Source: Geosiphon pyriformis uo1
Lineage: Eukaryota > Fungi > Glomeromycota
Assembly: GCA_016748015.1 (NCBI GenBank)
Contig: JAAOMT010000193.1
Span: forward strand, 124,001 to 188,000
Length of the DNA stretch: 64,000 nt
Direction: 5' to 3'
Shown: positions 48,834 to 61,522 of the stretch, one piece after another
Numbering within the stretch: the first letter of the stretch is position 1
Layout of the letters: each line of letters starts with the position of its first letter
The notes under the pieces: generated by a model
Told to the model about the DNA's origin: nothing
The model's input: the letters and a program-made list of their open reading frames with translations, nothing else
Database searches by the model: none
Position numbers and translations under genes: made by a program

Positions 48834-49625
48834 TATTATAAGTAATTATTTGGAGTCTCCAATCAAATAACAAACCCATAACTTGGTGCTAATAGCTGAT
48901 ACAATTGTTATTATCTAAAAATTTTAGTTGAGTTGTTTGTATAATAAACAGAGGTTTAATGGTGTGCAATTCTTTTGTGATGAGTTTCCCAATTTTTTTT
49001 TAGCTTGGTGGCCAGTTTATTTTGGCAGTTATGTTTTTTTGATAAGCTATTTAATTCTTACTCTGTACTTTTCTATTTAGGTCTTTTACCAGACTATTTA
49101 TAACATCAATAATTTATTGCTTAATCTTTAATCAATTAATATACAATCATAAAAGAGAAAATAAATAAAATAAATAAATAAAAAAAATAAAGAGAATAAA
49201 TCAAGGCAATTAAAATTAATATCTTATCAATAGCTATGATTAAAAACTATTGTTTCAGCATAATTAAGTATTTGATACTATCAACATGAAGTGCTAATAA
49301 TAAAGAGTGGATTGAGGTAGCAAATAATTATTTATTGATATTTGTAAATTAAAAGATTTTTTAGATAAAATCTAAACTGAGAGATCTGCTTTTTCTGCTT
49401 CTAATACTATTGTTATATATACATATTTGAGATTCCTTAATTTTTCTATTTTCTCTACCAAAAATCCTGAAATTTTTGGAATCCTGAAATTTCTAATATA
49501 AGAATCCTGTAATTTTTGAAATCTTGTAATTCCTCTAAGAAGAAATCTGGAATTCCATATTTTACCATATTTACTTCTGATTGGCTAATATATACTACTA
49601 TAATTCCTATTTACTATGAGTAATA
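48834..49625 (-). repeat. B3 3' LTR
   Basis: Decayed termini TATTAT...GTAATA, family B sequence, adjacent PPT. Confidence 0.85.
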
Positions 49626-50961
49626 TTATCCTTTTTTTTTAATATTGAGCTCTATTAAGATCTCTGAACTCTTTTAATTCTCTTTTTTTGATCATTTCTT
49701 GGACTTTTTTTTTAAAAATTACTTGTGTTTTTTTGGTTTGTAATTTTTTAAATTGGGCATTAGTCATTTTACCTATTTAATTAGTGGTAACTGTGTTTAT
49801 TACTGTATTAAATAGTATTTCTGATCAGTCTTGAAATCCAGCATGTAATCAATAAATAGTTTATGCTTGTATTGTTAGATTGTTTTTTCATATAAATTGC
49901 TTAAGTTGTTGTACTATTGTTGTGTCAAATAATCATTTTGTTTTATCCATATATAAGTTCTAAATATTCAAATGTTGTCTTAAGTGGAAATAACAAAAGT
50001 TTCTTGGAAATTGTTGTATCCACTGTTACTGGAGGTTTTTGGTCTCTTTTTTTGAATTTTGTTAATATTTGTTTGTTGCTAATTTTACGTTTTTTGGAAG
50101 CAGTTGAATTCCCAATAACTGAATTTATCTTTAAATTATCTCTTATAATTTGAACTGCTGGGCTTATAAGTAAAATGACCAATATCTTGCCAGTTACTTT
50201 ATGTAGTTATGTTATAGTAAATATCAACTTTTTCTTAGGAATTGCTTATCTGGAAGCTTACTAAAAATGTGTAGTTACTTTGCTATAAAAGTCAACTCTT
50301 TTACAAAAATTTTGTTTGTAGACTACTCTAATGATTATAATAAGAAAGGAAAGAAAAAATAAAAAAAAATAAAAGAAATAAAATTTTGTCAAGGGAAACG
50401 TTTTCTATCTAGGCTTGGAGTCACTAACAGATTACTGAAATTGGTAGTTAATTAATTTCAAAATGTTAGTTGTGTTGAAAAAATTTCAGTGTAATAATCA
50501 AAAGATTTGGTTTTTCAAATATTTTAATTTTTATTTGAAATGTGTAAAAGTAATTTGTTCTGATTAAGATACTATAGTAAGATACTATAATAAGATATAT
50601 TTTCTTGAAGAGAGAAGCTCTTCTTTTATACAACTTGTTATAGTACTAATCTTTAAACTTGTACTTTTTTTTTTGCTATAATTTTGGTAAACTAAAGATA
50701 TATTTTAGTGAACTACAAGTTATTTTGCTAAACTATTAATTATTTTGGCCAATTTTTATTAATTTCGGCAAATTTTGACTATATTAAATGGTTTAGAGTA
50801 TTGTATAATTTGATTATCTTAATTTCTATGGTACAAATCGAATTATTAATTGAGTAATAATATTTGATAATTTGATTAAATAATAAGTAATAATTAAAAT
50901 GGTAATAATATATGCTAATTAATAATAAGAATTATGAAGATAATTTCATGTTAATTAATAA

Positions 50962-51667
50962 CTAAAATTCTTCTGGTAACATAATTTTCTCCTTAAGACT
51001 GAGTTTTATCAAAGTCCAAGCACTATCTGTAATTTTAAAATAATCATCCAAAATAATTAAAGTAATTTGGTCTGAAAATTGTTGAAATTTCAGTTTTGTG
51101 AGCTTTCCAATGTATTGTATTTTCATTGAATAAAGTATTGTATTTTGTAAGATGTTTTCACAAGTGTTAAATAAATCATAGAGTCTAAATGTTTTTCTAA
51201 GTTTGTAGTAAGTATTTGTTGGTCCAGCTGCTGTTTTGAATTTATTGTGAATTTGTTTTTGTATAGCTTCAGAGGTAATGTTGGTTGCTTTAAGTTCCAG
51301 TTTTCGTTCATAAAGTGTTTTTTCAATATGAAAATATCTGTGTATAAGAGTATGTTTATTGTTCTGTTTATTAAGAAATAGTACAAGTTTTTGTTGGATT
51401 GTGGCATTTGGTAAAATGTTAATAAGGGCAAATAAAAAGTTTTCTTTTAGTGCTTGCTTCAAAAGTTCTGGTAGTTAATTTCCAGAGTGACTTCTTGTTT
51501 TTCTTCTATAAGAGTGATAATTTTGAGAATTATTTTCTATTGGTGTTGTAGTTTTTTTTGAGTGTAATTAATTGACTTCTATTAATTGTTATAGATAAAT
51601 TAGGAAGTGTTTTTAAGGCTAACATTAATTTTTGGAATATTTGTTGGATATTTCAGAAAATAATCAT
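50962..51667 (-). pseudogene. A3 ORF3, unknown protein
   Basis: ATG at 51665-51667; includes ORF 50962..51462 (…HRYFHIEKTLYERKLEL…RLYDLFNTC…). Confidence 0.78.
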
Positions 51668-51829
51668 AATAAAAAAATGATTAACTAAAAAAAAAAATAA
51701 AGAAAATTATTTTTGGGTATGAAGTTTTTATTTATTTTTGGATTTAGGTGTTTCTTGTAATTATTTACTATTTTTGTTTTTTGTGTATTATAAAAAAAAT
51801 TATTGTAAAAATATGTTGAATTAAGTATT

Positions 51830-53206
51830 TAAGTTTGGTTGTAGTTCTATTATAATTATTGGTTATAAATTTTGGGAAATATCTTTAGGATTGATTAAAA
51901 AGAAATGTATACCAATTTGTGGAATTAATAGTTTAGAATTGTTTCTAAAATAATAGTGTTTTAATTAATCTCCATGTGCAACTTTTGCTAATACTTTGTC
52001 ATTAAGTCTTAATTTATATAATCTATAACTTAGAATTTCGTGAATATAAAATGATCTATTCTATTTATGTTTAAATTTTTCACTTCATTGTTTTTCAGCC
52101 TTAGTTTTGTGTAAGAGAACTTTATTTCCAACTTTAAATTTGTTGGTAACTGGTGGCAGTTTATTGTCATGTTTTTCTTTTTGTAGAACTTAAGAGTATT
52201 TAATATGAGTGGCTGCTATGTGTCTTTTTCTTTTTAATGTACTAAAGAGAGTGTAAGCTCTTTTTTGAAGTGTTTCTTGAAAGTTTTTTTCATTAATTGG
52301 TTGCACTGGGTATGTTTTTACTGTGAAATTAATTGGTAATGTTGCTGTTTTTCTATAAATAAGATTAAATAGTGTGTGTTTTATAGTATCTTGTTTTAGT
52401 GTTTTGTATGCTAGTAATATTGATAGAATAAAAATATCCTATTTTTGTTCAAAATCAGTTGAGACTTTGGCTAAAGATTAACACAATGTTCTGTTGAAAT
52501 GTTCTACTAGTCTATTTGTTTGAGGGTAATAAAATAATAATAAAGGTTTTTTGATATTGAATCATTCACAAATTTTTTGTATTAAATTGTTCACAAAATG
52601 TGTTTTTTGATCAGATAAGAGTTCAATTGGGCATTTATATCTACAAATAATGTCTTTATAGATAAAATTTGTTATTGATTTTGCATCTGCTTTTTGGATG
52701 GCTCTAGCTTCAAACCATTTGGTAAAATAATCTACTGTAATTACAATATAATAATTTCTTTAGATTATAATAGGTAATAGTCCGACTAAATCAATTCCAA
52801 CTCTGTCAAAAGGTTGTCCAACTTTGATTGAATTTAAAGGTTCTGTGGGGTGAGTTTCTTCTTTTTTTTGACAACTATTACAAGATTTTACATATTATCG
52901 AATGTCTTTTTGCATGTAGAGCCAAAATTAATGTTCAAAAGTTTTTTGGATTGTTTTATTTCTTCCCAAGTGTGCTGAAAAAAAATCTGTGTACATCTTG
53001 TATAGAATTGTTTCTTTTTTATTTTCTTGTACTAATCTGAATGGTTGATTTGAGTTTCTGCAATTTTTATAATAAATTTTGTTGTCATGTAAGAAATATT
53101 GTTTTAATTGGTATTGTAATTGATGTTTTTTACTTGAAGACCAATTTTCTAATATAGTAAAAGTCTCCAAATAGTTTTTAATGTTGTTGTAATTTCTGAA
53201 ATCTAT
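51830..53206 (-). pseudogene. A3 integrase (stand-alone ORF)
   Basis: VGIDLVG, LLSDQ, NRLVEHFN; start decayed to ATA at 53204-53206. Confidence 0.88.
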
Positions 53207-53263
53207 TGTTGTTTTGTTATTCTGTTGATAGATTGATAAGTTATGATAGAATTGTTGTTGGTG

Positions 53264-56200
53264 TTAATTTTGTCTCATTCTTGAGAGACTGTCAACATTG
53301 GTGTGTTGTTTTCTTGGTTTGTAATGTACAATATATTTGTAGTTTGTTAGAAAGTTATTCCATCAAGACTGTTTAGTACTTTGTTCAGTTTTCTTTTTGT
53401 TGAGCCATTTGAGACCAATATTGTCAGTTATGATATTAAATTTTTTTCTATTCTTCAAATATTATTAAAAGTGTTTAAGAGCCCAAATAACTGCAGCAGC
53501 TTCTAATTCAGTTAAGCCATATTTGAGTTCTGTTGGTTTGAGTGTTCTATTGGCATAAGTAATGACTTGTTCCTGGCTATTTTCATCTAATTGTGATAGG
53601 ACGACACCAAATGCTGTGTGTAAAGCATCAGTGGCTAGTTGAAACCATTTGTTAAAGTTTAAGTGAGCAAAAACTGGTGCTGTTGTCAATTTTGTCTTGA
53701 GGGTTTCAAAAGCTTTCTGTTGTTTTTCAGTTCATTAGTATGGTATGTTTTTGTTGATAAAATAATTAAATAGTTTGGCAATTTCTGAGAATTCTTTAAT
53801 AAATTTCCAATAGTAAGAGGCTAATTCTATAAATTCTCATAGCTCTGTGGTGTTTTTGAGAGTTTGAAAGTTTTTGACAGCACTAATAGTTCCTGGATTT
53901 GGTTTGACTCTATCTTCACTAACAATATATCCAAGAAAAATTAAATTTGTTTTTCCAAAGTGACATTTCTCAATGTTCAATTTTAATCTTGCTTTTTGTA
54001 ATTATTAAAAAACTTTGTGCAGATAGATGAGATAAGCTTCAAAGCTTGATGAATACACATTAGTATCATTATGATAGACAACTACTAATTGCCATAAGAG
54101 TCCTTTATATACAACATTCATGAGTTGTTGGAATGTTGCTGGTGCATTGTAGAGTTCAAAAGGCATAATATTGAATTCATAGTTTTTTTCTTGGGTAAAT
54201 GCTGTTTTGGGTCGATTTTTTGGATCTATTTCGACTTGTCAGTATTCACTTTCTAAGTCTAAAGTTGAGAAGAACTTAGCTTTTCTTAAAGCATTTAATA
54301 TGTCATCAATTCTTGGAAAAGAATAGACATCTCCAATTGTCATATTGTTTAGTTGACAATACTTAACACAAAATCTGATTTTTCCATTTTTTTTTTAACC
54401 AGAACTACTGATAAGGCCCATAGACTTTTTGATGATTAAATCAATCTGTTATTGAGCATTCTTTGAACCTCTTTTCTGATAAATTAGTGGCTGGCAGGTG
54501 GAACTTGATAGGCTTGTTGTCATTTTGGTGGAGCATCTCTTGTGTGAATCTAATGTTAAACAATATCAGTTTTTCCAAGATCATTGTTGTTTTTTGCTAT
54601 TTGCAAATTCAGCTATTAGTTGTGTCAATTGTTTTTGTTATTAGGGTTCTAAGAGACTTATGTTAATTTAAGAAAGTTTTTCTTCTAAAAAGTTGTAGCT
54701 TTTAGTAATAGAAATAATGTTTGGATTGGGAAATAGGGTATGTCTTATAATTTCAATAAAATTAGAAACAGTTTGAGGGTTTTTATTTTGAAAGATGTTG
54801 CTATGTATAATTCTAATTTCTAATTTATTTAATAAGACAATAAGATAATTGTTGGAGTTGTAAAATATAACTCAAAATTTCTTTATTCTTTTAGGAATAT
54901 AAACATTTGGGATTAAAATTTTATGCTTTAAACAGATTTGTTTATTGGATTCAAAGATTTGTTGGGTAGTAGTGGGTTTTGAGCAGGTGTAAATTTTGTG
55001 ATGTTCTCGAAAAAATAAAATAGTAATTGGTTAAGAAAGTTGAAAAATCTGGTGAGATTCATTCTGTGTATTAAGAGTTATGTTTATTAGAACTGTGAAT
55101 TATCTAGTTGAACCAAAATCTTGAGTTTCTCTTTTACTTTTTCTCAATTTTTTTCTGTTGTTAACTAATTGTAATTCGAAATGTTGATTAAAGGTAGGTA
55201 AATTGCTTGAACAATTTTTCAGCATGTTCAATCCTAAATAATTTGTCTGTTTTATTCTGTAACATAATGGTAATGTTTTCAGTATATCATGTATCTATAA
55301 CTCTTTTTTTGACATTGATTTCTTTGTTTGTCAATGATGATCAAGAAGCAATTTGTATCATTGCTTCTGGTGGTATTTTAAGAGCAATTTTGAGGTTGAT
55401 TTTGGTTAAGGATTTTGGTTGAAGAACTAAAGTGTCTTTGCCAGAATATCTGAGATTATATTCTGCATCCAATTCATGAGCTTTTTTTGGTTTTATTCTT
55501 TGTCTATTGTTGTCAAAGTATTTGAATTGTATAGCAGACTGGTTTTCAATAAGATAGATTGATATTGTTGCAATTTTTTTCTTTGTTTTAGGTTTCCCAA
55601 ATTCAATTTTTTTCTGGTTATTTTCACTGGGCAGAGAAATACTAAGAGCATAGTATTTTGGACACTATTTGTCATTACAAAACATGATGTATTTTTTACA
55701 CAATTGAATGTTTATTTGCTCTAATTATCGAATTTGAACTTTTTGGATTGAATAAGTGTGACTTGCAATTTGGTGGTATGTTTCTACTTTATCTTCATAA
55801 TTGAATTCGGCTAATTCTATAATGTATTCAATATATTTAGCTTTTTTTATTTGGTGAATATTTTCTTGTGTGGCTCTATTAATTAAAGCTATTGCTAGAT
55901 CAAAAATTTTTTTAGCATCATAAAGATAGTGGTAAAGTTTATTGATAACACTGTTGTATGTTATATCAAAAGGTGCTCCTCTTCTGACTTTTTCTGAAAT
56001 TGATAGGACATATTGGCAGGTTTGATTACATACTTCTCCTCTCATTACAACATTAATCCAGTTGTATTTTTTTAGTAGCATATTTTTACATGTAAGGCAA
56101 AAGTGTTGTCTTATTTTTTACTTCTATTAAAATATTCAAATCGTTTTCTATGGCATGCTTTGCAAAAATAGCAGATGTGAGTTTCATATTTCTTTTCTGG

Positions 56201-58835
56201 AAAAATACATGCTCCCATTGATGAAAGTTTCATTTTACAATCTTTACATTTAAGTAAGATATAAAGTAGTTGTTTCTATGATTTTGGTGTAGAATATCTA
56301 ACTACATTCTATCCTCTGGTCTTCTTAAAGATTTTTTGTTCTGTTTTTTTAGTCTAATTAGATGTTAATCCAAGAGCCATAAAGGTTTTAGTAATTAGTA
56401 GTTTTTTCTTCTCTTCAAATTCGAATACTGGGGTTTTCTTAGATTTTTTATTAAAAGTACCACAAGTAGCAGGTACTCTGGTGTATTGTCTTTAGTATGA
56501 AATTTTCAATTTTGGGTTTCTCAATCTAAATTTGCATTGGCCTTGAGAAGTTAATTATTTCTGATGAGAGCTTAGTATTGGGATGCATCTATGACTAGAA
56601 CTTTGACTGAAATGGTAATTTTATCAATGGTAAATAAGAAATTCTCAATTTCTCTTACTGGAGTTTTTTCATGCCATCAGCTGTAACAATTACTGTTTAA
56701 GCTGGTTTGTCAACATTTTTTTCAAGCTGTTGCATTAATTGATAGGTAATAATGCTTCTGGCAAATCCACTGTTTAGAATTAAGGAGATTTGTTTTTTTT
56801 CTACTTTAGCTTTAGTATACATAGCAGTAATTGCTTTTTGTTTATTAACTGCTGCATTGTTAAGCAAGAATGGTAATTTATTTGCTTCAAATTTGAATGG
56901 AAATATATCTAAAAGATTGGCATTCTGAGCAATTTGTGTTAATAGAATAGTATTGTTGAAAGGGTTTGATCTTGGTGCTGCAACTTCACTTTTAGAAAAT
57001 GCAGTTTGTTGAAAATCTGATTTTTCTGGAATTGTATGATAACTGAATTGAATGTGGTAGTAATTGGGTCTTTGCTGACCAGAATTTCAGAGAACCAACT
57101 GGTTGTTTGGATTAATTTTGGAATGTAAATTGGTTTTGTTAAACCAATCTTTGAGCAAATACTTGATATTGTTGTATAGGTGGCTGTTGCTACTGTTAAA
57201 TTGGTAAAAGTTGTTAATATTGTTGCTGTGGAGAAGGTTGATAATATCTGTTTTGCTGTTGGGGTTTTGAGAAATAGTAAACTGATAGTGGAGACTGATA
57301 ATGAGATTGCTATATTAAAGAGTAATTTTGATTGCTCCTGTTTTGTTGGTCTCTTTGTAGTTTTTTGCAGTTTTGTTTTCAATATCCTGAGATCTCATAA
57401 TAGTAACAACTTTGGTTTTAACTGTTTGATAATAATGAGTAGTTGGTTTGGTTTCATCATTGGAGTGGCTAATATTTTTGTGTTTGTTGTTACTGTTGTT
57501 GGTTGGTAAAATAGTTTTCAATCTTCTTTGTAAGTTGGTCAATTTTTTTTTTAGCTGTTGAGCTGGTTTTTTCAATAGCAAAATTCACAAGTTTGGTATA
57601 GTTTGCTTCTTCTATTGTCATTTCATAGTTTTTTGCATGTCTAATGGCTGTTGCTAAATCTTCTGGGACATGTGGACAAACTTTCTTGATCAACTTGTCT
57701 TTTAATTCTGCTATAAACTGATCCAAAATCTGGGCATTGGAATAGTATTTATTGGTTTCCAATTGTCAAATTTGTTGAAGAAGTTTGTTGAATCTCTCAA
57801 GATAGATCATAACAGTTTCAGATGTTTTTTGTTTGATATTGCAAAAGCAATTGTAGAGAGTAATAGAGATGTTGTTGTTAGTAAATTATTGTAGGAAAGC
57901 ATTTTTGAATGCTTGCCAGTTTTCAAATAGTTCTTCTAAGTTTTCAAACCATTTTTCTGCAGTTCTTTAAAAAAAGTATGAAATTGTTTTGAGCATTTTT
58001 GTTGCATTTCATTCATTTGTATCTTCTGCTTTTTGAATTTTGTCAAGCCATTCTTAAGGGCTGGTATTATTATTTTTATCAGTGAATTTTAGAATTTTTG
58101 CAATATAAGCAGTTGCCATTTTTTTTCATTTTCTGTAGTTTCTTTTTGTTCTGATTTAGTTTCTTCACTTTCCAAGTTCTCTGAATAATTACTTTTGTTT
58201 TCTTGTAAGTAATCAATAATATTGGTGCTAGTTAATATTGGTTTCTGTTGTTGAGTAGAACTTTTAAGTAACTAAAAATCTTCTGGTCTGGAGAAATAGA
58301 TAAGTAATAAACTTGGTGTTTGTGGTTGAGCAAGTGAAATTAGAAATGGTATGATAAAAAGTGGTAATTTGACACTGGTTTCTTGTTTAGGTGTTTGCAA
58401 GTGTTTAGCAGCTGTTTTTGGTAATATTGGAGTGTTTGGAGTGGTTCTTGAATATTGTTTTACTTTTTATTTGCTTTTATTGCTTGTTTCTGTTTCTAAT
58501 TCAAAGTTAAAAAAGTATTTGGACTGTACTGAGTAGTTTTTTTCACAATACTGAATAATGTTAAAATTAAGTTCTTGAAAATAGGTGGCAAAAGTTTTAC
58601 TGTTCAGGTCTTCTGTTTCCAATTGTAAATAATGCAATAAATTATTGTAGAGGTTGTTTTTAACTTCTGAAATGTTGTAGTTTCCAAAAAAATAATTGTT
58701 GATACAGTTTTCAATGTATTGGTATACTGATTTTTTAACAACTTCAATTCCGTCTGGAATGTTAAATTTTTGCTTGCAATGAGTGTAAATTAACTGATAA
58801 TACTCTAGAGTTGTTGTGTCTAGTGTGGTTACCAC
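53264..58835 (-). pseudogene. pol: A3 Gag-PR-multiCys-dUTPase-RT-RNase H polyprotein remnant
   Basis: Paralogous to A1 11165-16790; ends SLSRMRQN*. Confidence 0.88.
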
Positions 58836-59856
58836 TTTGAATTTGTTGTTGCTGTGTTATTTCTGTAGAAGAGCACTAAATATTACCAGAGGTTTTTGGT
58901 CTTTTCTTGAATGTTGTTAATGTTTGTCTGTTGCAAATTTCACATTTTCTGAAAGCAGTTGAATCTCCAATAACTGAATTTATCTTCAAATTATCTCTTA
59001 TAATTTGAACTGCTGGGTTTATAAGTGGAATAACTAATTTTTTGCCAGTTACTTTATGTAGTTACATTGTAGTAAATGTCAACTCTTTTCTAGAAATTGC
59101 TTATCTGGAAGCTTATTAAAAATGCGTAGTTATTTTGCTGTAAAAGTCAACTCTTCTACAGAAATCTTGTCTGTGGACTGCCCTAATGATTATAATAAAA
59201 AAGGAAAAGAAAAATAAAAAAAATGTAAAAGAAATAGAATTTTGTCAAGAGAGACATTTTCTATCCAGGCCTGGAGTCACTAACAGATTACTGGAATTGG
59301 TAGCTAATCAATTTCAAAATGTTAGTTGTGTTGAGGGAATTTCAAGTATAATAATCAAAAAATTTGGTTTTTCAAATATTTAATTTTTATTTGAAATGTA
59401 TAAAAAATGATTTGTTCTAATTAAGATATCTAAAGTAAGATACTATGATAAAATACTATGATAAGATACATTTTCTTGAAAAAAAAAGCTTTTCTTTTAT
59501 ACAACTTGTTATAATACTAGTTTTTGAACCTGCACTTTTCTCTTTGCTATAATTTTGGTGAACTAAAGATATATTTCAGTAAACTACAAGTTACTTCGCT
59601 AAACTATTGATTATTTCGACCAATTTTTATTAATTTCGGCAAATTTTGACTATATTAAATGGTTCAGGATATTGTGTAATTTGATAATCTTAATTTTTAT
59701 AGTACAAATTGGATTATTAATTGAGTAATGATATTTGATAATTTGATTAAATAGTAAATAATAATCAAAATGGTAATAATATATGCTAATTAATAATAGA
59801 AATTATGAGGATAATTTTATGCTAATTAATGACTAAAATTTTACTGGTAACACCAC

Positions 59857-60135
59857 CAATGTCACGTTTTTATTGTCAATTCTTGATATAGTACACTTTT
59901 TGTTTGTATTTCTATTGCCATTTTTACTTTTGTTATTATTTTGTCAATAGTGTTTTCTGGTTTTTTTGTTCTTCATGTTGAAGTTTTTTCTTTGTATTTT
60001 TATATCTAATAGTTTGTTGATTAATAATATTTTTTATATTTTGTTGTTAAATTAGTTAAAAAAGTTGTTGTGCCAATATGTATATCTTGTCAGTAATTTT
60101 TATTTTCTTTTTATTGCTCTTGTTATGTATACCAT
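59857..60135 (-). pseudogene. B3 ORF3 N-terminal part (C-terminal part at 49626-50023)
   Basis: ATG at 60133-60135, 24 nt after the integrase stop; the other half encodes YFHLRQHL and IGKMTNAQFKKLQ. Confidence 0.65.
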
Positions 60136-60159
60136 GTCTTTTTATACTCTTATGGTTGT

Positions 60160-61492
60160 TCAATTTAACATGTTTGGTTCAATAATTATAATTGGTTTCA
60201 GATCTCATGGAATCTTATCTGGTTGGACTAATATTTATTGTACTTCTAGTTGTGGAATATTATTGGTAGATGATAATACTATATGGTAATATGGTTTTAG
60301 TTAATTATTATGTATTGCTTTGGCCAAAATTTTGTTGTCTCATCTTAATTTATAAGCTCTATTTCCTAGAATTTCTTCTATGTAAAATGGTCCATCCCAT
60401 TTGGGGTCAAATTTTCTATTCCATTGTTTTTCCACTTTGGTATAATGTAAAAGTACTTTGTTTTTAATCTTGAATTCAATTGTTTTATCTAGTAGTTGGT
60501 TATCATGTCTTTCTTTTTGTTTTTCTTGTGACTTTTAAATATTATCAGCTGCTCTTTGTTATTTGTTTTCTAGTGTTTCTATTAAGTCATATGTTCTTTT
60601 TACCAATGTTTTTTGAAAATTGTCTTCTGTTATTGGTTTAGTTAAATACATGCTAACTTCTATTTTCACTAGTAATATTGCTGTTTTACTATATACTAAT
60701 TTAAATAGTGTTGTTTGTGTAGTGTTTTGCTTTATTGTTTAATAAGCAAATAATACTAATAGTATAAACAAATCTCATTTGTCTTGATTTTTTTGGCTGA
60801 TTTTGGCAATTGTTTTACACAATATTTTATTGAATTTTTCAACTAAGCCATTGGTTTGTGGATAATATAGTGATAATAATAGTCTTTTTATTCCAAATCT
60901 TTGGCTTAATTCTGCTAACATTTTATTTACAAATCAAATCTTGATGAATAAATTCAGCAATAGATTCTGCATCTGCTCTTTGAATGGCTTTTGCTTCTGG
61001 CTACTTAGTAAGATAATCTATGACTACTGCAATATATCTGTTTCTTTTGCTGATGATTGTTAATGGTCTAACTAAGTCAATCTTAATGTGATCAAATAGT
61101 TGTTTCACTTTGATTGGTCTCAATAACTTACTGGATTTTGTTCCTCCTCTTTTCTGACAAGCATCATAATTTTAAACATATTGGATAATGTCTAAATACA
61201 TTGATGGCTAGTAGTATCTTTTTTTGGTTTTTTCTATGATTGCTTCTTTATGAAAATGTCCTGCTGTTGGATCTGAATACATATTGAATAGTATTGTTTC
61301 TTTCTCTGGTTCTATAATTACTCTAAGTGATTGGTCTGGATCCTTTCTGTTTTTCTGATATAATATATTTTGGTAAGTGATAAAATATTTGAATTGTTGT
61401 TTTATATTATTTTGTTTCTTTGGAGATAATTTCTTCTTGAACTGCTGGGTATTAATATAGTGTTGAAGTTGTTGATATTTTTGTGTATTCAT
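60160..61492 (-). pseudogene. B3 integrase (stand-alone ORF with intact ATG)
   Basis: MNTQKYQQLQHY…PTAGHFH, IDLVR, NGLVEKFN, WDGPF; ~55-bp internal deletion near 60935. Confidence 0.9.
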
Positions 61493-61522
61493 TTTTTGTT
61501 ATATTTTTGGGTTGGAATAGTT

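Larger units (their letters stand above)
50024..59852 (-). mobile_element. Family A full-length element A3 (~9.8 kb, heavily decayed)
   Basis: LTRs 50024-50981 and 58881-59852; perfect TSD CCAC (50020-50023/59853-59856); domain order identical to A1. Confidence 0.95.

Noticed and set aside
50962-51667. ORF3 as a retroviral envelope gene
   Set aside because: The position is env-like, but it is short, basic and helical, with no signal peptide, transmembrane segment or Cys pattern.
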